IMG/VR virus record: IMGVR_UViG_2823577039_000003
DNA length: 20,000 nucleotides
Source: an uncultured virus (IMG/VR IMGVR_UViG_2823577039_000003)
Lineage: Duplodnaviria; Heunggongvirae; Uroviricota; Caudoviricetes
Strand: one strand, 5' to 3'
Below are positions 7,848-16,895 of this stretch, piece after piece. The notes under the pieces are model-generated. The model worked only from the letters and a program-made list of their open reading frames with translations. It was not told the DNA's origin and ran no database searches. Made by a program: the position numbers and the translations under genes. The stretch's first letter is position 1. Each line of letters begins with the position of its first letter.

Positions 7848-8828
7848 TTACTCACCCGGTAATGTCATTTTATCAGTTCCCATAATCAAATCAGCGAAAT
7901 CTTTTAAGTGTCCTGAATCGCCTAAACCTTTGGGTTCATAGGGTAAACGAGTTACTCCAATAGCCGAGACATCATGTTCTTTGCAGACTTTTTGATAATT
8001 GTTAATCCATGGTTGCTGGTTCTGGTGTTCTGACCAGACCATAGCCACGGCAGGATTTTCTCCTCGGATATCAAAGTGTTGTTTGAGATCGGGAACGATG
8101 TGATTAATAATAAGTGTATTAGCAGGAAGCCCAATAGATTTCAAGAAATTGATAGTGCGATAAAACTCCATGAATCCTGCTTCAGTCGGAATGGAAACTA
8201 ACATAATTTTAGTTCTCTCGGTGTCTTCTAAAAATGATTTTAATAAATCTATTTCGTCACAGAAACTGGCCAGTAATTCTTCTAACTCATCAGTATCACT
8301 GCCTTTGAACACAATACCTTTCAGTAATTTGCCAGAAATCTTTTTCTTCATACGGCGAATCTTAAGCAACATTTCTTTAATGGTATCTGGTGCAGTCAAG
8401 GCTTTGAGGGTGTGTCCCGTAGGTGCAGTATCAAATACAATTAAATCATATTCTTCATCACGCATAAGTTCTCCGAGAATCTCACAAGCACCCCATTCGT
8501 CTAAACCGGGGAGTGCTGACATAGAGACTACATCAGTATCCATATTAGGAAAAAGATTACTAAACATAGAAGCGAAAGCCTCTTTAACTCGGGTTACTCG
8601 GCCTGAAATGGCTTTGGCAGCATCAATATTCATCGCCCAAAGATTAGTGGCAATTTCTTGAGGTGTAGAACTGATTTTAACTCCTACAGTATCGTCAGTG
8701 CTGTGAGCCGGATCGGAAGAGATAAGAATAGTTTTCAACCCTTGCTCAGCATAATAATGTGCTAAAGAAGCAGAAGTTGTGGATTTTCCCACTCCGCCTT
8801 TGCCAGTTACTAACAGTAACTTCGTCAT
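7848..8828 (-). CDS. arsA: ArsA/GET3(TRC40)-family ATPase, single-domain (326 aa)
   Basis: Deviant Walker A GKGGVGKSTT, switch I SDPAHS, LPGLDE, switch II DTAPTGHT, EPKG A-loop. Start revised to MTKLLLV (ATG at 8828), 21 nt after TATAAATAC. Confidence 0.95.
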   Translation of the reverse strand: MTKLLLVTGKGGVGKSTTSASLAHYYAEQGLKTILISSDPAHSTDDTVGVKISSTPQEIATNLWAMNIDAAKAISGRVTRVKEAFASMFSNLFPNMDTDVVSMSALPGLDEWGACEILGELMRDEEYDLIVFDTAPTGHTLKALTAPDTIKEMLLKIRRMKKKISGKLLKGIVFKGSDTDELEELLASFCDEIDLLKSFLEDTERTKIMLVSIPTEAGFMEFYRTINFLKSIGLPANTLIINHIVPDLKQHFDIRGENPAVAMVWSEHQNQQPWINNYQKVCKEHDVSAIGVTRLPYEPKGLGDSGHLKDFADLIMGTDKMTLPGE

Positions 8829-8849
8829 GGAGAAGTATAGATTCCACTG

Positions 8850-8858
8850 GTATTTATA
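8850..8858 (-). promoter_or_regulatory. TATA box TATAAATAC
   Basis: gtatttata on +; 21 nt from ATG at 8828. Confidence 0.8.
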
Positions 8859-8863
8859 TCTTC

Positions 8864-9289
8864 TTAAGCCCACTCTTCTAAGAAATCACTGGAAAACTCT
8901 TCAGATAAGTCATCTAAATCAATTTTTATAACTTCTTGCTTTTCGGTAACAATACTAAATTGACAATACAACAACTCGGTTTCATTTGCGGAAGTAATAC
9001 CACTCATAATTGATTCCCAGAGCGATAAGCACTCTAACGAGATAGTGAGGTCTTCTTTAGGAAAGAATGGGGCTTCTGGGGTGATAACCATACCTGATGA
9101 CACCAGTTCTCCAGAATAAACGGTAACTTTGCCACAAGTAATCTTGAGCATAACATAATCTGCACTATTAAAATTATCTAATGGGTGTATAATTATTTTT
9201 TCTACTCTGGTTCCGGGATCCATCTCTACAGTAGCGATGACGGAACTTGTGCGGCTTATCGGGATTTTAAAGTCTTTGCTTTTATCCAT
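8864..9289 (-). CDS. Hypothetical beta-rich protein (141 aa)
   Basis: ATG at 9289 preceded by a GGAGGG SD; alternating hydrophobic strands; acidic tail. Confidence 0.82.
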   Translation of the reverse strand: MDKSKDFKIPISRTSSVIATVEMDPGTRVEKIIIHPLDNFNSADYVMLKITCGKVTVYSGELVSSGMVITPEAPFFPKEDLTISLECLSLWESIMSGITSANETELLYCQFSIVTEKQEVIKIDLDDLSEEFSSDFLEEWA

Positions 9290-9320
9290 TTTACCCTCCA
9301 CTTTAGTATTGTGTTTTCCG

Positions 9321-9329
9321 CTATTTATG
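9321..9329 (-). promoter_or_regulatory. Variant TATA box CATAAATAG giving a ~10-nt SD-containing leader
   Basis: ctatttatg on +; 31 nt from ATG at 9289. Confidence 0.55.
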
Positions 9330-9349
9330 CTTTAGCCCTTCGTGCATCA

Positions 9350-12300
9350 CTAATTTTCCGAATCCCGGCGTTTCTCTTCCGTTTTCTGTATATCTCCGGA
9401 CGCAGAATTGCCGAAAGCGTCCACATCCATCATTTCATCAGTATCTGGATTAGGTGGAAGTAGATTTAACTGTGGGAGGAGTTCTTCAATAGATTCTTCA
9501 TCCAAGGCATAGAAATCACCTGCTAATTGTTCTTCTAAAGTTTCAGTAGCACTGGGTTTGAGAGTTCCGGCTTCTTCTCGTCGCTTACGCATTTTCCAAC
9601 CACGGTTTCTTTCTTTGAGAATATCTTGGTATTCTTGACGTTGTTTAGACATCCATTCTTCTATTTCTTCTAAAGTCATCTCGGCAGAATCTTGTTTCAA
9701 GATTTTACGTTTATACCACTCTACGTTTTCAGGGGTGACTCGGAGACCAAGATTTTGACATTCTACAGCAATAATAGAATCAATTTCATCATAAAGAACA
9801 TAATTCAACCAAACTTGAACCTTTCTACCAGTAGTTCCTGTGATTTGGTAGGCAGTGTTGCCGCTATAACAAAAAGGAACGCCTGCTCCTTGATAAGTTA
9901 GGAAAGGCATATACTGTGCATCTGCCCAAAAACCCCCACCGTTCCAAGGTGGTGCTCCTTCAGGATAGTTTAGATTAATAGGCACAGGATAATTAGGATC
10001 ATCACACCAGTAGTTAGCCCACACATAACTCAAAGAGGTATCTTGAACTCCGGTGCCTGAAGGATAAGTTTGAGTCGTATTATAATCAGCAATACCAATC
10101 CAAATAATACCATCTAAATTAGGGCTACCTTGTCTGGCAGCCCATAAACTGGAACCAAAAACAGTAGTGGCAGCACTATTAAAATTATTTACGGCAATAT
10201 TGTAAAAATCAGGAACATTACCAAAGTTTTGAGTTTGGTCTAAGAACTCACTGAAATCAGGAGTTACTGAAATCGCAGCGAATCCATTTCCTTCTTCGGA
10301 AACTGCTTTATCATTATCGGCTAACGTCATCATCCATTGAGCACGGTCTAAATCAAAATCAGCACATACTGGTCTGCGAGTAGTGGTTGCTCCACCGGGA
10401 CACAATTTATTAAATGTATTGCCGTAATTGATAATATTGAAATCAATAGAGGCGTAGTTAGGTTCGTCGTTAACGGCAGCACAAGCCCATGAACCACCAC
10501 CAAGATTATTAAATCCAATCGGTCCTTCAGAGGGCATCACTAAATATTGATATGCTAAAGTGGAATCATTAACGTGTGGATAATATTTGGAGCCTTCGCC
10601 TTCAATAGCAACCGCATTGTTAACTTTAATATTCAACGCTTCCAGACGGAGATTCTGTGTGACGTGGGTGGTTTGATTGATATCACGGACATAAATGGCC
10701 GTTCCATCGCTGGTTTGATAAAAAGCAATATCTTTCAATCCTTGCGGATCTCGCACACCAGCAACTGGGAATGGGCTGAATGGCAAATCCCATGGATTTC
10801 CTGCACTTCGGTAAGAATCCAACGAAGCATTTAATTCGTCAACCAAACTGCCTAAAGTAGTATATTGACCAGTTCCCATAGGTTGGGTGGCTCCGGGTGG
10901 GGCAACAGCATTAAGTCCTAACTCATTTTGATTGAGTATAATATCAAACTGGAAACCTGCTCCTGTGCCTGCCACATCACTGAAAAGATTACCTGTGGGA
11001 CCATCACCACACTTGGTAGTGTTAGTAGTGGGAATAGCCAGATATTGTTGAGGAATGGGATTATCAGTTTGTGGTGTAAGTGGTGAGACTCTTTTATCCC
11101 AAGAATCATAGATATCGGGGCTGGTAACAGTAGAGCCAGTATTTTGATTAAGACCATTATATGGAACTGCTAAACGGTAGACACCTCCCCACACGGGTGC
11201 ATTAGGAATAGTTGTCCATTCGTTGATAACTGGGTTAACATCCAACAGAATATTGCCGGGGTCTTGAGCATGAACTGTAGGTCCTGTAAGATTTCCAGCA
11301 CCGCCGTCAAAGGGTTTCCACCCGAGTCCTGTAGTGGTCCGATTCCAATGACCTAACATAATTTGTGCCAAACCAGTAGGTTCTCCGTAAGTATAGGTAA
11401 TGGGTTCTACATAAGTATGAAAACAAGACTTTTGGGCTGCCACTTGCTCGGTAGTTAAAGGAACTCCTTGAGTCTGAGTATAAATCCATTCCGAAGGCAT
11501 GAGAGCGATGTCTAAATACCCATCAGTATTAAAATCAGGTGCGTTGGCATTAGGTAAACAAGCAGTAGGGCTAAAGGCTGCGGTCGTTCTATCGGCTATA
11601 ATGGCTTCAGCCCAACCATACCAAGTAATGTAAGGAACAATAGTTTTAGTATCCATAGCGATGCCATTAGCACTGTCAATGGCCGTCCACGGTTGTAAAA
11701 TATATATTTCAGCACGTTTTTCATTCGTGCCTCCTGCTAATTCATTTACTTGTAGTAAAAGTCCTACATTAAAAAGTTGATTATCTGGTGCAGGATAATC
11801 AGCCCTAACTGCAGCCAACGGTTTAACAAAAGTAGCATTATCTAACGAAGAATTGGTGGGTGCGACAGTCAAATTACAGGCATTTTCAGCATTTACATCC
11901 TCTAAAGATATGTTTTGGCGAGTAAAACACTTCATCCATGTAACATTGGCATAATTAGAAACATCTGGTTCGTCTTGCCAACCACCCGCAGGTGGATTAT
12001 CTTTATTAGGGATTCCTTTTTCGGTGGCTTCAGTCCAACTGGTATTATATCCTGCGTAAGATTGACCTAAACAAGTTACAACACACAACGGTGAATAAAC
12101 AGGTTTACCTCCTGAAACTTTACAGGAATAAGTTAAAGCAGGATCGGTGGTCGGGTCTTCTAAACAATTTCCAGTAATAACGAAATAAGAGATAAGTGAA
12201 GTAGGTGCTGTGTAAACACCTGTAAAATTAAAATTATTAAAATCTGGGAAAGCATTGGATTGTTCAAAAGTAGGATAATATAAACCTTCAGGACCTGTGA

Positions 12301-13936
12301 AAGAATTAGAACCAGCAAAGGTATTGTAAGATGGTGTAATACCCGTAAGTTGACGAGGAATAAAACCATGTCTCCAGATTTCGCCATCAGTAATGGCTGA
12401 AGCAGGGTTGTTTACGCCCATTAAGGGTGTATAATAGTTGGGTTTTGGTGCATATTCAGAAAGAGAGGTCCGAGGGTAAGCATCTCCTCCGAGGGGGTTA
12501 TTTTGATACCGAGACTTGCACGATAAGAAATTAGGGGTTGAAAAAGCCATTTCTGCTGGCTTACGAATAGGGAATTGGCCTATTAAGGGTGTAGGACAAA
12601 AAGGAAAAGTGCTGGGTTGCCGAGGGGCCTCATTTTCATATTCAAAACTCGATCCAGTATTAGTTTGAGGGTAAAAAGGATTTCCACTAAACTTAGTATT
12701 TGTCATTCCGATTTGATGAGCACGATAAGTAACTTGTTCAAAAGGATAGATTTGAAGCGAACCAAAACGAGAAGCACCACTACACCAAGGAACTCTAAGA
12801 TTCGTGCCGGGGTTAAGAAATTGGGCTTGCCAATCGCCTTGGGCTATGCCTGCTGCATTCCCAGAAAAGGCACCTTGAGTGGCCATACTACTGCCACACT
12901 GATCGGGTTGTCCGTATCCAAACTGAATAAGAGGATTTTGTCCTTCTATATTACTATTTCCAATACACCAATTAAAGCCCCAATGTTCATAGGGAAACTC
13001 TATTTCGGCACCGCCAATATTAGAGTTCAAACTGGTAATTTGAGAATTAATCATCTGGGGGTTGATAGTTTTATAGATATCTGCACTATCGTTGCCAGAA
13101 TACTGGTCATTAAATATATTTACTACGAAGGAATACATAATAGGGATAAAATCTTGTTCGGCATAGATAGACCACTTATAACCAGCAGTAACATTAGTGC
13201 TGTTGTGAACCGTGGTTCCATAACCCCCGCAAGGCATATAGCCAACGCATTGAATAACTAACGGCTGAGCACCATTACCCGACAATTCAGGTTCCATGGC
13301 TTCCCAACCCTCTCTGGCAAAAGTGTTGAAACTTCTTTGGTCTATACACATATCCATTAAACCTCCTCCTTGGTTGGTTTGTTGAGGAATGGGTTCACCG
13401 GCAACAACATAAGGGTCATTAGTAGCCGGACCGTTAGACTCAGGTAATTCTAATTGAGAACGAGTCGGGAGGATGTGCCATGCAGCCGGATTATCTATTT
13501 CATCATATTTACAAGCAGCGAAGAAACCATCTAAAAATCCATTAAACTGAACATCGGGTGTCGTCCAACCGGCAGCCAAATCAGTGGGGTCCCAAGAGAT
13601 GAACTCAATCCGATCCCAGTTATTTAACGTCCACTGGTCATAATTAAGTTTACAACGATAATTTCCGCAAAGAAAAACCGTGCCGTTAGCACACATAATT
13701 TTATTTATAACCCATGAGCCGGGAACGGGTTGGATTCCTGCCCAACGTCCTGCAGACACTAAATCTATGGTTCCTTCTCCTGAGAATAAAGCACTCGCAG
13801 TAGGGTCGTTAGGACTGGCTTCTCCATAACCAATAGCACAACCATTAGTAGCATCTAAAAAAGAGTGATAAGCCCAAGCCTGATCTAAAATCTGGGGTGG
13901 TAGTTCTTCAACAGTAAGATCGAATGATAGTCCCAA
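9350..13936 (-). CDS. Very large hypothetical protein (~1528 aa), P/G/N/T/aromatic-rich beta body with a charged helical C-terminus; candidate virion/surface protein
   Basis: Uninterrupted ORF 9350..14071. The likelier start is TTG at 13936 (MGLSFDLTVEELPP), just after the upstream stop at 13941. No family recognised. Confidence 0.9.
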   Translation of the reverse strand: MGLSFDLTVEELPPQILDQAWAYHSFLDATNGCAIGYGEASPNDPTASALFSGEGTIDLVSAGRWAGIQPVPGSWVINKIMCANGTVFLCGNYRCKLNYDQWTLNNWDRIEFISWDPTDLAAGWTTPDVQFNGFLDGFFAACKYDEIDNPAAWHILPTRSQLELPESNGPATNDPYVVAGEPIPQQTNQGGGLMDMCIDQRSFNTFAREGWEAMEPELSGNGAQPLVIQCVGYMPCGGYGTTVHNSTNVTAGYKWSIYAEQDFIPIMYSFVVNIFNDQYSGNDSADIYKTINPQMINSQITSLNSNIGGAEIEFPYEHWGFNWCIGNSNIEGQNPLIQFGYGQPDQCGSSMATQGAFSGNAAGIAQGDWQAQFLNPGTNLRVPWCSGASRFGSLQIYPFEQVTYRAHQIGMTNTKFSGNPFYPQTNTGSSFEYENEAPRQPSTFPFCPTPLIGQFPIRKPAEMAFSTPNFLSCKSRYQNNPLGGDAYPRTSLSEYAPKPNYYTPLMGVNNPASAITDGEIWRHGFIPRQLTGITPSYNTFAGSNSFTGPEGLYYPTFEQSNAFPDFNNFNFTGVYTAPTSLISYFVITGNCLEDPTTDPALTYSCKVSGGKPVYSPLCVVTCLGQSYAGYNTSWTEATEKGIPNKDNPPAGGWQDEPDVSNYANVTWMKCFTRQNISLEDVNAENACNLTVAPTNSSLDNATFVKPLAAVRADYPAPDNQLFNVGLLLQVNELAGGTNEKRAEIYILQPWTAIDSANGIAMDTKTIVPYITWYGWAEAIIADRTTAAFSPTACLPNANAPDFNTDGYLDIALMPSEWIYTQTQGVPLTTEQVAAQKSCFHTYVEPITYTYGEPTGLAQIMLGHWNRTTTGLGWKPFDGGAGNLTGPTVHAQDPGNILLDVNPVINEWTTIPNAPVWGGVYRLAVPYNGLNQNTGSTVTSPDIYDSWDKRVSPLTPQTDNPIPQQYLAIPTTNTTKCGDGPTGNLFSDVAGTGAGFQFDIILNQNELGLNAVAPPGATQPMGTGQYTTLGSLVDELNASLDSYRSAGNPWDLPFSPFPVAGVRDPQGLKDIAFYQTSDGTAIYVRDINQTTHVTQNLRLEALNIKVNNAVAIEGEGSKYYPHVNDSTLAYQYLVMPSEGPIGFNNLGGGSWACAAVNDEPNYASIDFNIINYGNTFNKLCPGGATTTRRPVCADFDLDRAQWMMTLADNDKAVSEEGNGFAAISVTPDFSEFLDQTQNFGNVPDFYNIAVNNFNSAATTVFGSSLWAARQGSPNLDGIIWIGIADYNTTQTYPSGTGVQDTSLSYVWANYWCDDPNYPVPINLNYPEGAPPWNGGGFWADAQYMPFLTYQGAGVPFCYSGNTAYQITGTTGRKVQVWLNYVLYDEIDSIIAVECQNLGLRVTPENVEWYKRKILKQDSAEMTLEEIEEWMSKQRQEYQDILKERNRGWKMRKRREEAGTLKPSATETLEEQLAGDFYALDEESIEELLPQLNLLPPNPDTDEMMDVDAFGNSASGDIQKTEEKRRDSEN

Positions 13937-13940
13937 AATA

Positions 13941-14522
13941 TCACGGTCCTGTATTAGTATAATCTTTCGTGGTAGTATACGTCGTGGGTTGTGGTGTATA
14001 ACCAGTTGAGAAATCAGTAAAAGGGTTGTATTCATTACAAGTTGAATCGCCGGGAGTAAATTGAGTTTCAATTTCTACCACACGGTTGTAGGCTACATAA
14101 CGCACGTCATACCAAGTTCCCGGTGGAATCTCAATNGGAATAAATGATTTATAGGCAGGTTGGTAATTTAAAGAAACTGGAAAAGGTGCACCGATACCAG
14201 AAATACCATCGTAATCACGACCATCTAAGGTTTGGAAATAACCTGTATCATCCAACAGAATGTTGACGAAACCACGAGGACCCCAATTAGCACCTTTCAG
14301 TTCATTGGCTTGAAATCCGCCGGGGGTTGAACCCACATATTCTAACACAATAAATTGGTCGGCAGGAGTATAGAGTGATTTAGTTAAGACTCCGAAACCG
14401 TCATTGATGTTAAGTCCCACTAAAACAGATTGCTGACGAGAAGAAAGAGCATCAATTCTNATAATTGGNAGATTACCAAGATCTTGGAAATCAAACAGAT
14501 AACCCTGACGGCGAATGGCCAT
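13941..14522 (-). CDS. Hypothetical beta-rich protein (193 aa), possible structural protein
   Basis: Open frame; all three Ns fall at third codon positions; degenerate promoter (TTGATATAG, 14544-14552) at 21 nt. Confidence 0.85.
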   Translation of the reverse strand: MAIRRQGYLFDFQDLGNXPIXRIDALSSRQQSVLVGLNINDGFGVLTKSLYTPADQFIVLEYVGSTPGGFQANELKGANWGPRGFVNILLDDTGYFQTLDGRDYDGISGIGAPFPVSLNYQPAYKSFIXIEIPPGTWYDVRYVAYNRVVEIETQFTPGDSTCNEYNPFTDFSTGYTPQPTTYTTTKDYTNTGP

Positions 14523-14548
14523 AAATATATTAGGACGACGCTACTATA

Positions 14549-14905
14549 TCAAACTTTTCCTCGGGTATCATCAATGTGATTTAATCGGCGCATGGCTCTT
14601 TTAGTAAGTAATTGTTCTTTGGTGACTCGTTGAGTTTCTCCGAACAAGCGTTGTTTTTGCCGAGAGGCTCGCTTTTGTTCATCAATGGCAGCGTTAAGTT
14701 CTGGAGTAAACAAATGGTGCTCAATTTGAGAAATCCATGCGGGAGTGGTCGGAAAGAAATTAGCCGTAGGGTTGGGTGGCAAAGGCACGAGACGAGTATC
14801 GGGCTGAAGTTGGTGTCGTTGAGTTAAACCTTGGGCTTGAGCCACTCTTAACTCATGTTGTCTTTCGGCTCGCAAAGCCTTCATGAAATCTTCGTAATTA
14901 CTCAT
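14549..14905 (-). CDS. Hypothetical basic/Gln-rich protein (118 aa)
   Basis: ATG overlaps the upstream TAA (TAATG coupling). Confidence 0.8.
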   Translation of the reverse strand: MSNYEDFMKALRAERQHELRVAQAQGLTQRHQLQPDTRLVPLPPNPTANFFPTTPAWISQIEHHLFTPELNAAIDEQKRASRQKQRLFGETQRVTKEQLLTKRAMRRLNHIDDTRGKV

Positions 14906-15120
14906 TATTCTACACCCTCTGCTTCTTCTTCTTCTGAAGATTCAGGGGCAGAACCGAAGTTACGAAGCACCCACAAACCGAGACCAATAGTTCCTACGGA
15001 ACCTACGAGATACATCGCCGGGGTGTGACATCCTTTAAAGTAGAGTGAACGTAATTGAGTGATAGCCATNTAGCCACCGCCNACAATAATACCGATTCCA
15101 ACGAATCCCATAGGTGTCAT
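14905..15120 (-). CDS. Small two-TM membrane protein (71 aa) with an acidic tail
   Basis: MGFVGIGIIVGGGYMAI and MYLVGSVGTIGLGLWVL; start revised to ATG at 15120, 21 nt after TATAAATAG. Confidence 0.82.
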   Translation of the reverse strand: MTPMGFVGIGIIXGGGXMAITQLRSLYFKGCHTPAMYLVGSVGTIGLGLWVLRNFGSAPESSEEEEAEGVE

Positions 15121-15141
15121 GGTGTTACTTGGACGATACAA

Positions 15142-15150
15142 CTATTTATA
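15142..15150 (-). promoter_or_regulatory. TATA box TATAAATAG
   Basis: ctatttata on +; 21 nt from ATG at 15120. Confidence 0.85.
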
Positions 15151-15162
15151 GTTATGGAACGC

Positions 15163-15218
15163 TCAGTTGGGGTCACCACCGAGCCTTACGGCTCAGTGGC
15201 ACCCTGCCTGACCCCTGA
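15163..15218 (-). other. GC-rich structured RNA element in the 3' UTR (GNRA-capped stem-loop)
   Basis: Sense UCAGGGGUCA-GGCAGGGUG-CCACUGAGCC-GUAA-GGCUCGGUGG-UGACCCC-AA-CUGA: 10-bp stem with one U-G wobble, GUAA tetraloop, and a basal GGGGUCA/UGACCCC helix. Confidence 0.7.
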
Positions 15219-15225
15219 TTACTAA

Positions 15226-16820
15226 TCAGTTTTCAAAGATATCTAAGATACCATCACCGTCGTCATCATCATCAACGTAGTTTTCTACACCATCGTTATC
15301 AGAATCAAATTGACCTGTAGCATCGTTACCATCATTGTTTTCAAACCAATCGGATAGACCATCGTTGTCATCATCGGTATCGGTAGCGTCCCAGATACCG
15401 TCGTTGTCGTGGTCGTAGCGGTAAGAAGCCCAAGAGCCTCCTACTTCATCCACGTCAAGGATGTTATCGTTGTCATCATCAGTGTCTACGGCATCGTTGA
15501 GTCCGTCATTGTCGTGGTCTCGGCTGGCATCAGACCCGTTTTCATACAGGTCGTTGCGGTTGTCAATTCCATCGTTATCAATGTCNTAGTCAAAACGATC
15601 TTCTATGCCGTCATTATCATGGTCATAAATATCTGTGTTATCATTTCCGTCTGTAACTTCTTCTGAATCGTTGATACCATCGCCATCGTCATCGTCATCT
15701 TCATTATCGTCAATACCATCATTGTCGTGATCGGTAGGTGTNGGGTCTTGGCTATCTGGGATACCATCGTTGTCATCATCATTATCTAAATCATCAGGGA
15801 TTCCATCACCATCGTTGTCATTATCACCCTGTAATTCTTGATTATCCAATTGCTGNCCTTGTTGCTGGTCATTTTGCTGACCTTGCTGGCCTTGTTGTCC
15901 ATTTTGAGTTTGACCTTGCTGTTGCTGGTTTTGCCCGTTTTGGTTTTGGCCACCTTGGTTGCCTTGTTGTTGTTGACCTTGCTGGCCACCTTGTTCACCA
16001 CCCTGTTGTTGTTGGCCTTGACCATTGTCTTGTTGTTGACCTTGCTGGCCTTGTTGTCCTTGTTGTCCAGATTGACCTTGGCCAGATTGTTGNCCTTGCT
16101 GTCCAGCCTGTCCTTGTTGACCTTGGTTTCCTTGTTGGCCTTGTTGACCTTGCTGGCCTTGGCCNTGTCCTTGACCTTGATTTTGTCCTTGTCCTTGTTG
16201 CTGGCCTTGGCCTTGACCTTGGCCTTGGCCTTGNCCTTGGCCTTGNCCTTGTCCTTGNCCTTGNCCTTNACCTTCTNGCNNTGGCCTTGTCCTTGGCCTT
16301 CGCCTTGGTCTTCTGACTCACCGCCACCTTCAGTTCCACCATTTCCGCTTCCGGCTTGGGACTCTTGATAATCTGGGTCGTAAGCATCAGGGATGCCATC
16401 GCCATCAGAATCAGAGTATTCTCCATCGTTAGGATCATTAGGGTATGGGTCGCTGCCATCAGGCTTGCCATCTCCGTCTGTATCAGCAGAGTTGGGATTT
16501 GTGCCTCGGGCATATTCTTGAGAGTTGGTTAAACCATCACCATCGGGGTCAGCATTAGCATCTCCACCGTTAGTAGGGTTTAGTCCATTACGGACTTCCC
16601 AACCATCAGGTAAACCATCACCATCAGAATCTGGGTTGTTCATATTGGTTCCAGCGTCTTGTTCTTCTTTGTTAGTAAGACCATCGCCGTCCCAGTCTGC
16701 CCCACCATCAGAGGGGTCAAGTGGATCGGAACCTTCACCAGTTACGACACCTGCGCTCATAGCGAGCATCAGGGCAGTTAAAATTGTAAGCATCATTGTT
16801 TTGAATCTATTTTCTTTCAT
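15226..16820 (-). CDS. Secreted calcium-binding repeat protein (TSP type-3-like DxDxDG repeats) with a central Gln/Gly spacer, ~530 aa; apparent frameshift at the N-rich junction 16269-16281
   Basis: Signal-like N-terminus (TMMLTILTALMLAMSAGVVTG); DWDGDGLTNKEE/DSDGDGLPDGWE repeats. After the junction the CAA-GGN frame reads QGQGQQ... continuously into the HDNDG-repeat ORF 15226..15849. Confidence 0.85.
15850..16310 (-). repeat. Degenerate CAA-GGN (Gln-Gly) coding tandem repeat
   Basis: ccttgN / ccttgttg units repeated on +; produces the spurious Leu-rich and Lys-rich shadow ORFs. Confidence 0.9.
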
Positions 16821-16852
16821 AAGTATCTTTTCCTATATTATAAGTTATTCAT

Positions 16853-16871
16853 AGGGAACCCGCTGTTCCCT
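16853..16871 (-). promoter_or_regulatory. 5' leader hairpin AGGGAAC-AGCGG-GUUCCCU
   Basis: Perfect 7-bp inverted repeat immediately after the start site predicted from the TATA box at 16896-16904. Confidence 0.55.
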
Positions 16872-16895
16872 CTACCCTAATATAGAAGTTTCCTC

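Noticed and set aside
7848..8828. Arsenic resistance operon
   Set aside because: Single-domain ATPase with no arsB/acr3/arsC/arsD/arsR nearby.
15163..15218. tRNA, SECIS or classical intrinsic terminator
   Set aside because: No cloverleaf or T-loop motif, no in-frame UGA seen in the upstream gene, and no U-tract after the stem.
16269..16281. Programmed ribosomal frameshift
   Set aside because: The shift coincides with four Ns inside a tandem repeat and there is no slippery heptamer; a consensus artefact is simpler.
15738..16513. Leu-rich (+) and Lys/Arg-rich (-) ORFs that look like membrane or histone-like proteins
   Set aside because: These are alternative frames of the CAA-GGN repeat; third-position Ns identify the Gln/Gly frame as the coding one.
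15226..16700. CRISPR array or Borg-like perfect tandem repeats
   Set aside because: The repeats are degenerate at codon level, with no identical repeat-spacer periodicity.
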